Shown one piece after another: positions 29,080 to 41,566 of a stretch of 64,000 bases of DNA (positions within the stretch are counted from its first letter, which is position 1; each line of letters opens with the position of its first letter). This DNA is from Octopus vulgaris. Its lineage: Eukaryota. The notes under the pieces are model-generated. The model searched no databases. It saw only the letters and a list, made by a program, of their open reading frames with translations, and was not told where the DNA came from. The DNA lies in contig OX597821.1 of assembly GCA_951406725.2 (NCBI GenBank), positions 96,844,001 through 96,908,000 of the forward strand, in the 5' to 3' direction. Both the position numbers and the translations under genes were made by a program.

Positions 29080-29800
29080 TAAATTTAAAATAAACAGAAA
29101 ATGGAGAAATATTGATCAACAACAATTTACTTACATCAATTATTATTTTCTTAATTCAATACAAATAGACTGTATCCCATCTAACAGCTGTTTCTGTTTC
29201 CAGTGTTATATGGTATTACCATTGATATTCTAAAAATAATATTCATCATATCAGGTAATAAATCCGATCTAGAACATGGACTTTCATCAGAGTGAAGAAA
29301 AATATATACATAAAAGAAAAGAAAAGAAAAGAAGTGAACAGCCTCGAGAGGACAAGGAAAGGCTTAATATGTTTAAATCATACCATTGTGCTTATGTGTC
29401 GTTTTTGGACGTTGAGTAAACGACTAAACTTAAAATAGTAATTGGTGGGTTAATTTTTCTATGGAGGTAATAGGGTGGATAAATAATAAAACAAAGTAGC
29501 ACAATGGTATGATTTAAACATATTAAACCTTTCCTTTCCCCTCGAGACTCTTCTTTTCTTTTCTTTTATATATTTATTTTTCTTCACTCTGATGAAACTC
29601 CATGTTCCAGATCGGATTTATTACCTGATATGATGAATATTATTTTTAGAATATCAATGGTAATACCATATAACACTGGAAACAGAAACAGCTGTTAGAT
29701 GGGATACAGTCTATTTGTATTGAATTTAAAAAAAAAATAATTGATGTAAGTCAATTGTTGTTGATCAATATTTCTCCATTTACTGTTTACTTTAAATTTA
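29080..29800. repeat. Diverged inverted repeat, ~310-bp arms
   Basis: 29080-29392 vs 29498-29800, ~105-bp spacer. Confidence 0.88.
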
Positions 29801-29819
29801 TATATATATATATATATAT

Positions 29820-29854
<35 letters not shown>

Positions 29855-29896
29855 CATACATACATACATACATACATACATACATACATAGATAGT

Positions 29897-29991
<95 letters not shown>

Positions 29992-30363
29992 TATATATGT
30001 ATGTATGTACATATGTATGTATGTATACATATACTGACAGGGAGAATAAGCTGTTCCATATAGGCAATGAAGGCACACTGATGATAATTCCCAGTAGGAT
30101 AAAACTGTGCAGTCCATGGGGCAGTTATCTACCCGTCAGTCTATATAAATGTACTTTTACGTAGCTATACATAGTTCAACTCTTTTTTTTTTAGCAATAT
30201 ATGTGCTTGTGGTACATACAGTCACAATTAGTGACGACTAAATGTTTGTGAGTGTGTGTGCATTTATGAATGTGTTGTATATTAAGAAAGAAAACTTTTT
30301 AATTACGTTTCTCTCTTTAATTTCTTGTCTTAATTTCTCTAATTGCTTTTTTCTCAATTAAAG

Positions 30364-30590
30364 GGAAATACTGCAAATCTACTCGTACGAAGATGATACA
30401 GTCATTCACCTCTTGTACTGTCAGATCTCAATTGGAATGTGCTATATTTTGTCACAATCGAAATTTCTGCAGCACTTTTAGCATCAGACCTTCGAAGTAT
30501 GGAAAATTTCAATGTATCCTGTATAAAGTACCCGCTTCAAACAACAGACTTGACAAAGCTGAAAAAGAACTGATCTATAATGAATGTTAA
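30364..30590 (+). CDS. FTL-PAN gene terminal exon: PAN/apple-like domain
   Basis: Long polypyrimidine tract then aag|, phase 1. Encodes KYCKS...SQLECAIFCHNRNFCSTFS...QCILY...NEC*, with the C-x3-C-x5-C-x2-F...C-x-L PAN pattern. AATAAA at 30818-30823. Confidence 0.8.
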
Positions 30591-30873
30591 AAACATATTT
30601 TAATAATATATATTAACATTTATATACTTCATATCATCATATTAATAATATTTTTTAATCTTTTGTGACAGGGGTATGAACAGTTAATCCCTACACATTT
30701 TTCTCTCACTGTTTTTTATTTTTTTTATTCTTTGAAATTTTTCCTCATAATCCCTTCTGTCGAAAAGCGTAGGCTCGAAACGTCTAAGACTTTTCCATTA
30801 TTGCTGAGCGTTAAACTAATAAACCTGCTTGTCGTTCCTTCACCTATCTTCATCTTTTGTTTTCTGTAAATTT

Positions 30874-30917
<44 letters not shown>

Positions 30918-30921
30918 TTTT

Positions 30922-31004
30922 AAAAGCAGCAGAAATTCAACAAAACTGTCCGAAGAACGGGAACGTGAAACTCCGAGTAACAGCTTTTGTTGAATTTCTG
31001 TTGC

Positions 31005-31009
<5 letters not shown>
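30922..31009 (+). ncRNA. Minimal type I hammerhead ribozyme motif, family B (U4C core)
   Basis: ctgt-CCGAAGA-acg(ggaa)cgt-GAAA-ctc(c)gag-TA-acag; predicted cleavage after 30979 (GUA). Stem I extends about 28 bp (aaaagcagcagaaattcaacaaaa / ttttgttgaatttctgttgctttt). Confidence 0.75.
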
Positions 31010-31068
<59 letters not shown>

Positions 31069-32027
31069 AAATTTTTTCCACCTTGTTTCACATTTATGTG
31101 TTTACTCCGGTATATATATATATATAGTTAAGTTTATTTGCCAACATAACGTGGCAGTCCTGCATAGGACTATATTACTACTTTTTAACCCCAGGAAAGC
31201 ATCTTTTCTAGCTGGTTATCGATACATGATCTGTGTCCAAGACATACTGTAAGTAAGGTGGCTTACTACACCCTTCTAGCCGTTAGCAGTACCAGCAGAC
31301 CAATGGTTTCTGGGTAATTTCGCATCTTCTGTGCTGGACGACAATTGTCTAGAGACACCAGCCACTCGACCTTACTCACAGTATATACTTATCGAAGTTA
31401 CTGAAAGTCACTGATCTCGTAAGAAGAAAAACAACTAGTTTTAAATCTCTGAATAAGATTTTGGGTAAGATCGGCTGACCGCTGGGTCTAGCCAAGCGGT
31501 TGTCCAGCAACGAAGACGGAAAATTACCTCGAAACTATTGGTCTGCTGGTACTGCTAACGGCTAGAGGGAGTAGTAAACTCCCTCACTTACACTGTGTCT
31601 CGAACACAGATCATAAATCGATAAGATGTTTTCTCAGGGTTAAGATGTAGTAACATAGTCCTATGCAGGACTGCTACGTTATGTTAGCAAATAAATTTTA
31701 CTGCACGGTACTGTTACTAGATAGTAATCATTCGGTGATTTAAAACTATCAGGCATTTCGATAAGTATATACTATGAGTTGGTTGCTGTCTCTAGCCAGG
31801 CGGTTCTGCAGCACCGGAGACAGGAGATTACACAGAAACCATTGGTCTGCTGGTACTGCTAATGGCTAGGATGGATGGAGTAGTAAGCCCCCTTACTTAT
31901 AGTATGTCTCGAACATATATCATGTGTCGATAACCAGCTGGAAAAGATGTTTTCCTGGGGATAAAAAGTAATAACATAGTCCTATGCAGGACTGCCACGA
32001 TGTGTTGGTGTTGTATAGTGAAACTGT

Positions 32028-32416
32028 GTGGAGGCGCAATGGCCCAGTGGTTAGGGCAGCGGACTCGCGGTCATAGGATCGCGGTTTCGATTCCCAGACC
32101 GGGCGTTGTGAGTGTTTATTGAGCGAAAACACCTAAAGCTCCACGCGGCTCCGGCAGGGGATAGTGGTGATCCCTGCTGTACTCTTTCACCACAACTTTC
32201 TCTCACTCTTACTTCCTGTTTCTGTTGTACTTGTATTTCAAAGGGCCGGCCTTGTCACTCTCTGTGTCACGCTGAATATCCCCGAGGCCTACGTTAAGGG
32301 TACACGTGTCTGTAGAGTGCTCAGCCACTTACACGTTAATTTCACGAGCAGGCTGTTCCGTTGATTCGGATCAACTGGAACCCTCGTCGTCGTAACCGAC
32401 GGAGTGCTTCCATTCC
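32028..32416 (+). mobile_element. SINE family A, long form
   Basis: 13-bp TSD ATAGTGAAACTGT. Confidence 0.92.
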
Positions 32417-33606
32417 ATAGTGAAACTGTATACCTCTCCCGGTAAAAATAGATAGACCAGTAACCGGTCGTCAAGAGAGGGTGGAGAGTCGAAGAGTTGA
32501 GAGTCGACAATACTAGTTGCTGTCTTGTGAAACTATTGTGGCTACTAACGCAAAAAAGCAGCAACGACAGCACAACGTCAGTCATACATCACACCAAAGG
32601 GAGGAAACCACTTTTCAACAGTTGGCAAATAAACTTTACTACTATGAACTGTTACTGCATAGACTTCTCCTTATATACATGTATGACGTTGGTGACGTCC
32701 TTACCCATATATACATATGTATATGTATACACACACAAACACACACACACGCATACACGCACACGCACACACACACACGCACACATATATATATAATTTA
32801 TTATTTAATTGAACGCGACGCATCCATTTCCATGTAAGATTATCTTCACCGTTTTGATGCCACTCTCTATTCTATACTATTTTCTTCATCCATCCTTCTC
32901 TAATCCCTTTTTCTCCCACTCCTTCCTTCACCGTTTTCTATCTCTCTCTCTCCCTCTTTCTCTCTCATTGCTCACACATGACCATCGTCCATCTTTCTTT
33001 TCCTGCACGAACGTTGAAATGAACGGACGTGTTTCTCTCTCTCTCTCTCTTCGATGTTTCCTCTTTACAAAAAGATGTTTCTCCCAGCGTTCACTATTTT
33101 CCTCTCGTTCTGGTCTAACGACCCTCTATGTTTTTCGTTCGGTATCCTTGTATGTTTCCCCTATCATTTTCTGTTCCCAACTTTGACCCTCCATAAACCC
33201 CAAATTTTATTTTAGAATCAATGGGAGCAACTGTCTTTGAAAACTTATATTGTCGTTGAATACTCGAAATGAGTAGCAGATAGCAGCCAACTGATGAAGG
33301 GTCCTTTCTCTGTGTTAACTTGTCTTGCTTTCCATTCTATCTCATTGTTCACGTATTTCATGTTATTTGTACCGTTGGTGACGTCCTGTACCCATATATG
33401 CATGTGTATATATATGCATGTATGTATGTATGTATGTATGTATGTATATGTATGTATGTATGTATGTAGTGTGTATGTATTATGCATGTGTGTATGTATG
33501 TATGTATGCATGTGTGTATGTATGTAAATGTGTATGTATGTATGTATGCATGTGTGCATTCATGTATGTATGTATGCATGTATGTATGCATGTGTGTATG
33601 CATGTG

Positions 33607-33638
<32 letters not shown>

Positions 33639-33880
33639 TGTATGTATGTATGTATGTATGCATGTGTGTATGTATGTATGTATGTATGTATGTATGTATG
33701 TATGTATGCATGTGTGTATGTATGTATGTATGTATGTATGTATGTATGTATGCATGTATAACTGAAAACGCAAACCTGAAAGTATGTATAATACTATTAA
33801 TGGTTAGCACAGGGTGAAATCTGAAGGTGGACGAGCTTTATACTGTACTCTACTACATCCTTAAAAGAATATACCATAAC

Positions 33881-33929
<49 letters not shown>

Positions 33930-33932
<3 letters not shown>

Positions 33933-34325
33933 CGCAGGAGTGGCTGTGTGGTAAGTAGCTTGCTAACCAGCCACATGGTTCCGGGTTCAGTCCCACTGCG
34001 TGGCATCTTGGGCAAGTATCTTCTGCTATAGCCTCGGGCCGACTAGTGCCTTGTGAGTGGATTTGGTAGACGGATACTGAAAGAAGCCTGTCGTATATAT
34101 GTATATATGTATGTGTGTGTATGTTTGTGTGTCTGTGTTTGTCCCCTAGCATTGCTGGTGTGTTTACGTTCCTTTCACTTAGCGGTTCGGCAAAAGAGAC
34201 CGATAAAATAAGTACTGGGCTTACAAAAGAATAAGTCCCGGGGTCGATTTGTTCGGCCAAAGGCGGTGCTCCAGCATGGCCGCAGTCAAATGACTGAAAC
34301 AAGTAAAAGAGTAAAGAGTAAAGAG
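33930..34325 (+). mobile_element. SINE family B
   Basis: Full head to AAAGAGT tail. Confidence 0.88.
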
Positions 34326-34326
34326 A

Positions 34327-34363
<37 letters not shown>

Positions 34364-34949
34364 AATAGACTGCCGCGTGATTTTGCTCCTTGTCGCAAAG
34401 AATAATATCTTACTTAATGAGCCTGCTTCGGATTGCTACGCTTTAAGTAAATAAGTAAAGTATGTAAGTACATAGATGTGTATGCATGCATGTATGTATC
34501 TATGTAAGAATGTGTGTGCGTGTGCATGTGAACATGCCTATATGTGGATATATACGTGCACATTATGTTGTATCTGAGTGACCATATATGTGAGTGTGTG
34601 TATGTGTGTGGGCGTGTGTGTATGTACACCCATGTGTACGTGAGTGGGCGCTTATGTGTACATAGACATGCCTAGAACTATGCTACCTTGTCTAAGCATT
34701 TTTCTTTTAGGTAATGCATATATTCAACTCGAAAATATGGCTGAGGGAACATAACTCAGGGATGCTTTCTGCAGACTAAATACAGATACTGGTGCCTCAC
34801 ACATTAAATATAGCGCGTCGAAAAACTTCGATGTGCTGAGAATATTCAAGAAGTTACTTGACTAAATTTCCTGTATTACAGTGTTTGAAATTTAACAATA
34901 AAAATAATATTTTCAATAATATCAACCAGGTAAAATTTGGAGGAATTAA

Positions 34950-36295
34950 AATCAATATGCACATAAATGGATGTTATCCTCAAAGAAAGAGAAAGTGACA
35001 AAAGCAACTAACATCTTTCGGTCTTATTCGATCTGTTCATAGAAACATGTACTGCTAAATAGGCAAAGCTTAGAAATGGTTAACATATATAGAATTAGAG
35101 GTAATGTAGCAGCGCAGACAATAGGCGTGGCTATAGGTGCTTCCTGGTGCCTTCATGCAAACCTCAGGCTCTGCCTACATGACATAACAAGCTATAACAG
35201 GACGATAGAATAAAAGAAAAGACGAGAAAAGACGAGAAGAAAGTAGATGTAAAAGGTGGAAAGTTGAAAACAAAAACGAAAAAAGAAAACAGGGGAAGAA
35301 TTAAAGTTATGTCCCCTTTGACCGTAAAGTCATATGGTTGAATGGAAAGAGGGCTAGAGTCAGCAGTACAGCTGCTCAAATCGGAGAGGGTGGTATTTTC
35401 CAATTCGCTAACAGGAACCTATTCATATGTTTACATCCACCGAAAATTTCAGATCTGTAATTTAGCAGTGCAGAGAAGTTCTTAGATCTGAAAAATCTGT
35501 GCTCTTTCAACTACGCATGACTTACATGTTTTTTATCCGTTGATATATGGCGTGGACTTTTCAACTATTTTCTGCTTGATTGTATGTTATGTGGCGTTAT
35601 ACTTCAAACTCCATACATAGCTAGCCAACTTAGTGGCTTTACTTTTGTCCCTGTGTCGAAAGGAAGATATGAGGTTAGTATAGCGATTTTTGAAGTCGCC
35701 TTCACACAGACCGATGTAACTTTTCTTATCGGTTATATTAATCATCTAGCTTGCAGTAACATCTGCCTCATATATGATGGATTTAATCATGCGCCCCTTG
35801 TCGAGTGGACAATTTATTGGGCCTCGACAGTTATATCTGCGAGTAGGCTCTTCATATTGGAACAGTAGCGATATGATAATTTGACTGAGCGCCTGTTGAA
35901 TATTTTTCTGTAACTTTGATATACCGGAAAATGTTTGTCCGGAGAGATAGGAACTTTTTTTAATCTACGTTAGTTTTAACATTAAGGGAAAAGGTGGGGT
36001 GAACCAAATTATTCCCCTAAGTCTACTTTGAGATCTATTTTTGTTATTTGTACTATTACTAGAGGGGTTGTAAATTAATTCATTATTGAAGTCTATATTG
36101 GCTTGGGTATTGTTGTAGTAGAGGGATGCCTTCGCAAAAATTTCTTAAGAAGAAGAGAGGTTAAATATTCTGTTGCTGATGGTTATAAGCTTTTTGAACA
36201 CTATGGGGGATGATATGACAGGTTGAGTATGCAAGAAAGTTTCTCGTTGAGCTTGTGGTAAGGTTTATAAGAGGAAAATTTTAGGTTTAGAGAAA
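34950..36295 (-). mobile_element. Penelope-like element 3' fragment
   Basis: Minus frame CPLDKG...SIIYEADVT...KSYIGLCEGDFKNRY...SSFRHR...TKLASYVWSLK (GIY-YIG) with stops. Confidence 0.75.
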
Positions 36296-36346
36296 CATTT
36301 AAATATAGATAAATAGATTTGTATTAATACATAAATGTGTGCATGT

Positions 36347-36434
<88 letters not shown>

Positions 36435-37399
36435 ACGTACTCAGAGGGTATAGAAGGTTGTAAACTAGTTAAACTTGTGATAGCCATGCTTTCAGGCGAT
36501 CGCTGACGCGATGTGACCCAGCAGGTTTTACTTGCCAGACTCCATACTTGACATTTGTTCCTTAATTGGGTTCATGAAGACGAAAACTTGCTGCTGCTGT
36601 AAGATATATTAAAAGCGAAAATAATCTGCATTTATATCTCTTTGCATCATATAATAGTCGGATGACATTACGATTAAAATATCCCGTGTAAATTTAGTTT
36701 TTGGACGAAAGAGCCATCTGTATGCTAAAAAAGTGTATGTCGCTAATTAAGGATTCATCACATTAATCCTTAAAAAATGTAATTTTTCTAGGATATCTAA
36801 TGATAGAACACTCATATTACAATCAATAAATGCAAAATCGTTTCAAAAACCAGTGAATTGACAGGTTGCGCAGAGCAACACGATGCGGCATTTACATGAT
36901 TTTAGCGTGTTATTTTCGTGTTTTTTTGTTGTTTTCTTTTTTTTTTTGCACTTATACTTTTTGAATTCAGTCATGATGACATCAAGTTCTTGTAGAAGGA
37001 ATTAAATTATCAAGATTGATAGACTGAATAGTCTGACATTGTATTTTAAAATGGCGTCATTTATTATGTGGCAGCCCGTGCAAAGCTCGGCAGAAAATCA
37101 AAGTTTAATACAAAAAAAATATGACTGTGAAAAATTTCTGAATCATATCGAAAGGTCTTCGTTACGTTGGCTGTTGTTGGATTACATTATTAATTAACTC
37201 AATCAATATTATCGATGTCCAATTATATTTTGATTTTTCACGCAATTATAAAATTTTAGAGCAAAGAGTTATAGTTCTACCTCAGCTCCTACTCTCACAA
37301 AATTTTACTCATACATATGTACCACTGTTATTTAGATCTCTTTATTCTTTCCCTTTTGTTTACAGTCTTACCGGTGGTAAAATATGTTTTGATGTTCGA

Positions 37400-38030
37400 A
37401 TGTTTTCATGAATATCATAATGAAATCAGACAGTTCCAGATTGCTCGTGGGCAAAATTGCACCTGATGCCTTTCTGTTCAGGAGTCAAAAGGCGACGGAC
37501 CCACCTTGCGGAAACCTTTGAGAACCCAAGTTCTTTTGTCACAATGTTGTTTGCTCTTTCAATTGAGATGCCCAGTCTTTCGGCTATCTGAAGACATGCT
37601 ATTCAGCGATCTTGCATTATCATACCAAGAGCAAAGATTTCCTTGGTGGTTGCAGTTGGAGGTCTCCCTGGTCTGGGATCATTTCCACACTCTCCCTGCC
37701 ACGCTTGAATTCATTTACCTAGCATTTGACAGTTGCATATGAAGGGGCATTGCCTGTTAAGGTTCTCACCATATCTTCATGGATTTCTGATGGAGTCATG
37801 CCTTTCAAATGAAGGTACTTTGTGACAGCACGATACTCAGTTTTCTTCATTTTCCTTTTAACCTCGACACTTGTTTATTCAAAAATCTGCAACAACAAAA
37901 TATAGAAATATAAGAATCAGGAAAATGATAAAAAAATACTCCGGAAAGACTGTACTTACCAGAAAAAATTGTTCTGCTATCTAGCAGCCCCGTTTCTAGG
38001 TTAGGCTCAAAACTTTTCATACACCACTCG
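37400..38030 (-). mobile_element. mariner transposon 5' fragment
   Basis: End TA-CGAGTGGTGTATGAAAAGTTTTGAGCCT; ATG at 37850 gives MKKTEYRAVTKYLHLKGMTPSEIHEDM...APSYATVKC*VNEFKRGRESV (mariner HTH). Left limit approximate. Confidence 0.8.
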
Positions 38031-38060
<30 letters not shown>

Positions 38061-38067
<7 letters not shown>

Positions 38068-38369
38068 ATCACGTGACCGACCAGACCATCAGATGTTGTT
38101 ACACATCGCTGGTCACAATGCGTTCGCATTGTTTTAGCCTTCGAATGACGCCACCCCGCTGGCTAAGCGAGCAGGCCAACAGAAGAAAGAGTGAGAGAAG
38201 GAGTGGTGAAAGAGTACAGCAGGGATCACCACCATCCCCTGCTGGAGCATCGTGGAGCTTTTAGGTGTTTTCGCTCAATAAACACACACAACGCCCGGTC
38301 TGGGAATCGAAACCGCGATCCTGCGACCGCGAGTCCGCTGCTCTAACCACTAGGCCATTGCGCCTCCAC
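38061..38369 (-). mobile_element. SINE family A, CACGTGA-tail variant, directly 3' of the 5S copy
   Basis: Near-identical to 3002-3307. Confidence 0.85.
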
Positions 38370-38373
38370 TGCT

Positions 38374-38491
38374 ATGCTTACTGCACCTAGGTTTCCCAAG
38401 CGGTCACCCATCTAAGTACTGACTAGGCTTGACGTTGCTTAACTTCGGTGATCAGACGAGAACCGGTGCTTTCAACGTGATATGGCCGTAA

Positions 38492-38493
<2 letters not shown>
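38374..38493 (-). rRNA. 5S rRNA: 5S rRNA copy (full length 120 nt, solitary; possibly retroposed or a pseudogene)
   Basis: GCTTACGGCCATATCACGTTGAAAGCACCGGTTCTCGTCTGATCACCGAAGTTAAGC...AGTACTTAGATGGGTGACCGCTTGGGAAACCTAGGTGCAGTAAGCAT. Internal A/C boxes and terminal helix GCTTAC/GTAAGC intact; no oligo-T terminator. Confidence 0.93.
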
Positions 38494-38579
<86 letters not shown>

Positions 38580-38585
<6 letters not shown>

Positions 38586-39295
38586 ATAAGAGAGAATCCA
38601 CTATGTGGACGCTCTAACGCTAGATATAGATCTGCAAGGGGAATCTGCCACCAAGGAATTGTTCTCAAGGATTAATTCAGCGCGCCAAGAATGTAAGCGA
38701 GCAGGACAAATGAAAAATAACGAAAAAATAGATTAGCTCTATACAATTGTTTCATCGTTAATAAATTATGTAATTTTACTTACATAAGTATTTTCGAATC
38801 GTCAGTAGAGTACATCAGAATATAATTTGTCGAACCGAACGGCAAAATCCACACGAGGTCGAACAGAGACGAACGGTACAGCCGATTATATTCACAGTTA
38901 CATTCAAATGCCCTCATTCTGGCGCGCTAAATCGCCGAATATAAATGCTACATAAGTAATTTACTGCCGGTTTGAGAACATATTAATTTATAATTAAAGT
39001 CAAAATAAGGGTGAAAAAACTGAATATTAATTAATAACATCAGTTTAAACACCAAGTGTCCTAGCGTATAAAAGACTGGAATACAGTAAAAATTATTAAT
39101 ACAAAACAATAAGAGAGAATCCACTATGTGTACGCTCTAACGCTAGATATAGATCCGCAAGGGGAATCCGCCACCAAGGAATTGTTCTCAAGGATTAATT
39201 CAGCACGCCAAGAATGTAAGCGAGCAGGACAAAGGAAAGATGACGAAAAAATAGATTAACTCTATACAATTGTTTCATCGTTAATAAATTATGTA
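38580..39295 (-). mobile_element. Penelope-type pseudo-LTR, partial tandem
   Basis: About 190-bp direct repeat (38580-38772 vs 39103-39295); the first copy runs into the complete hammerhead at 38737-38810. Confidence 0.6.
38737..38810 (-). ncRNA. Canonical minimal hammerhead ribozyme in a Penelope-type terminal repeat
   Basis: Minus strand ctcta-CTGACGA-[long stem II including ttatgtaa/ttacataa]-GAAA-c(aatt)g-TA-tagag: perfect 5-bp stem I, palindromic stem III, GUA triplet. Confidence 0.8.
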
Positions 39296-39299
39296 TCTT

Positions 39300-40950
39300 A
39301 TTGGGTTATTCTTCCCAATTTCCTCTCTTTCTTCTCTCTGTTCTTTCCTCTCCATACTCTCCCTATTTCTTTTCTCTATTACTTCCTTTTCTCCACCTTC
39401 ACTTCTCCTTACTTACTTCCCTTACAAGAGGAATGAACCCACTCGAATCTAGTCAACACTCACTCTATGTTGACTGATGATACAGTATGGACGGATTTTC
39501 GAAATCCAATGATACCCTACACACCTATTTGATTATGAAGATTTATAAACATAATTTCTCTGTGAAACTCAATATACCTACCATTATAGATAATACCAAA
39601 TGTACCTTTTCGGATTTGCATAATGTGATGTAAGTCTTTGGTATAGCAATTGCATGTGGCTGAAGAGAGCTTCAAAACCATCTGAAAAACATTATAAATA
39701 CACACAAAATCCTCAAATGCAAAAGGCAACACAAATCTTTAAAAAAATTCTTGACAAATGCCAAACTTCACACACCACATCCACCCCCAACAGTAAAAAA
39801 ATGTGCACGCTCAAACTGTGGTACCTGCCCCTTTCTACTTGAAGGCTCTGAATTTACCTTCAAACAAGGTACGAAGTTTAAAATCAAGACTAACTTCTCC
39901 TGTTCCTCCGAGAACCTTATCTACGTTTTCACATGCGCTGGTTGCCAACATAATTATGTTGGACAAACGAGTCTCCCGTTACGTAAACGAGTAACGGTGC
40001 ATAAAGAACAAATAAATCTCCCGGAATACCGACAAATTCCACTGAGTGACCACTTAGACTCATGTGCTAAAGACTTAAACCCCAAATTCTATATATTCCC
40101 CTTCTACCAATGTAAAGACGGGATCACCACACAGGAGAGAATTAACAAGGAGAATCTCTTTATTGAAAAATTCCAAACACAACTTAATATGCAAACTCCT
40201 CGTTGATCAAACTTCCTTTCTCTACCTCACTCTTCATGGATGGACTAACACAAATATATAAAGATACCATGCATTCATCACTTCAAGCTAAAACTTATAT
40301 TCTTTAAATATCATTTTTACTATTGTTGTTATTACTATCATTTTTATTATAAATGATATGACAATTTGAAATGCAATTGTCTATGCAGATTTATATTATT
40401 AGAAAATAATATAAATAAAGTGTTAAAATCTGAAAGTTAAGTTAACAAGCAATTATATAAAAAAGATAATGCAAATGAAGCTAAAATGATAGTTTTATAA
40501 TTTGGGTTTTATTGAAGAACTCAAAAGAGTTGTCTCCCCTTACTCACAACACAGGAACTGAAGAACCAGGACCACAATTACTACTACTTCCTGTCCTGCA
40601 AACATGCTGAATTTAACAACACAACACAACACATGCTCTTAATCCCTTTGGATCTTAACACCTCAAGGTAATTTTTTCGTAAACAACCATAAAACTCAAG
40701 ATACACAACGAACTCACAATGTATCGGAGAACTTATTTTTTAATTTTTGTACATTTTTATCATTATTATTTTACAAAAAACAATGCAATTTTCTTTTTTC
40801 CCCTTTCTAATTTTTAAAAAAAACTTCTTAAAACATAAATATTCTTCACAAGTCATAAAATGACGAAAACCGGTTGAATAAATATATATTTATATATTTT
40901 ATCAATTTCTCATTTTATTAAAATTTTCTTTCATTTGAGCATTCTGCATT
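39300..40950 (+). mobile_element. Penelope-like element 3' part with intact GIY-YIG endonuclease reading frame (39751-40206)
   Basis: CARSNCGTCP...FSCSSENLIYVFTCAGCQHNYVGQTSLPLRKRVTVH; degenerate hammerhead at 40840-40880 near the 3' end. Confidence 0.85.
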
Positions 40951-41017
40951 TTTAAAAAAATTTTTCCTTACTTATCATTTCTCCACGTGCGGTCAACACA
41001 ACCCCACCATTTATTGA

Positions 41018-41066
<49 letters not shown>

Positions 41067-41272
41067 AGTGTGAAGGAAGTAACTGTAGAAGATATTTTTA
41101 GTAACCTCCCTTTAAGAGATACATATACATATATATACACATATACACACCCATATATATTATAAAGTGTAAGGGAAGTAACTCTACAAGATATTTGTCA
41201 TCTCCCTTAAATAGATGAATATATATATATACACACAGACACACACACATATATGTATATATATATATTTGT

Positions 41273-41339
<67 letters not shown>

Positions 41340-41461
41340 CCGAAAGCCATTATTTTTCAAATATATATATATATATATATATATATGCCGAAAGGCATTA
41401 TTTTTCAAATACGCCAGCTAAGTTCACTCGTCTAACGTCGAAAGACGCCTGTTGTTTTGTC

Positions 41462-41566
<105 letters not shown>

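Noticed and set aside
30031-30145. Short TIR-like element (homologue at 26210-26326) with CTGATGA...AAAA-ctgtgcag-TC
   Set aside because: Each copy lacks part of the core and stem I does not pair; too weak to call a ribozyme.
36533-36597. Possible extra minus-strand exon (ttacag|...|gtaaaa)
   Set aside because: No recognisable domain and no phase support linking it to either gene.
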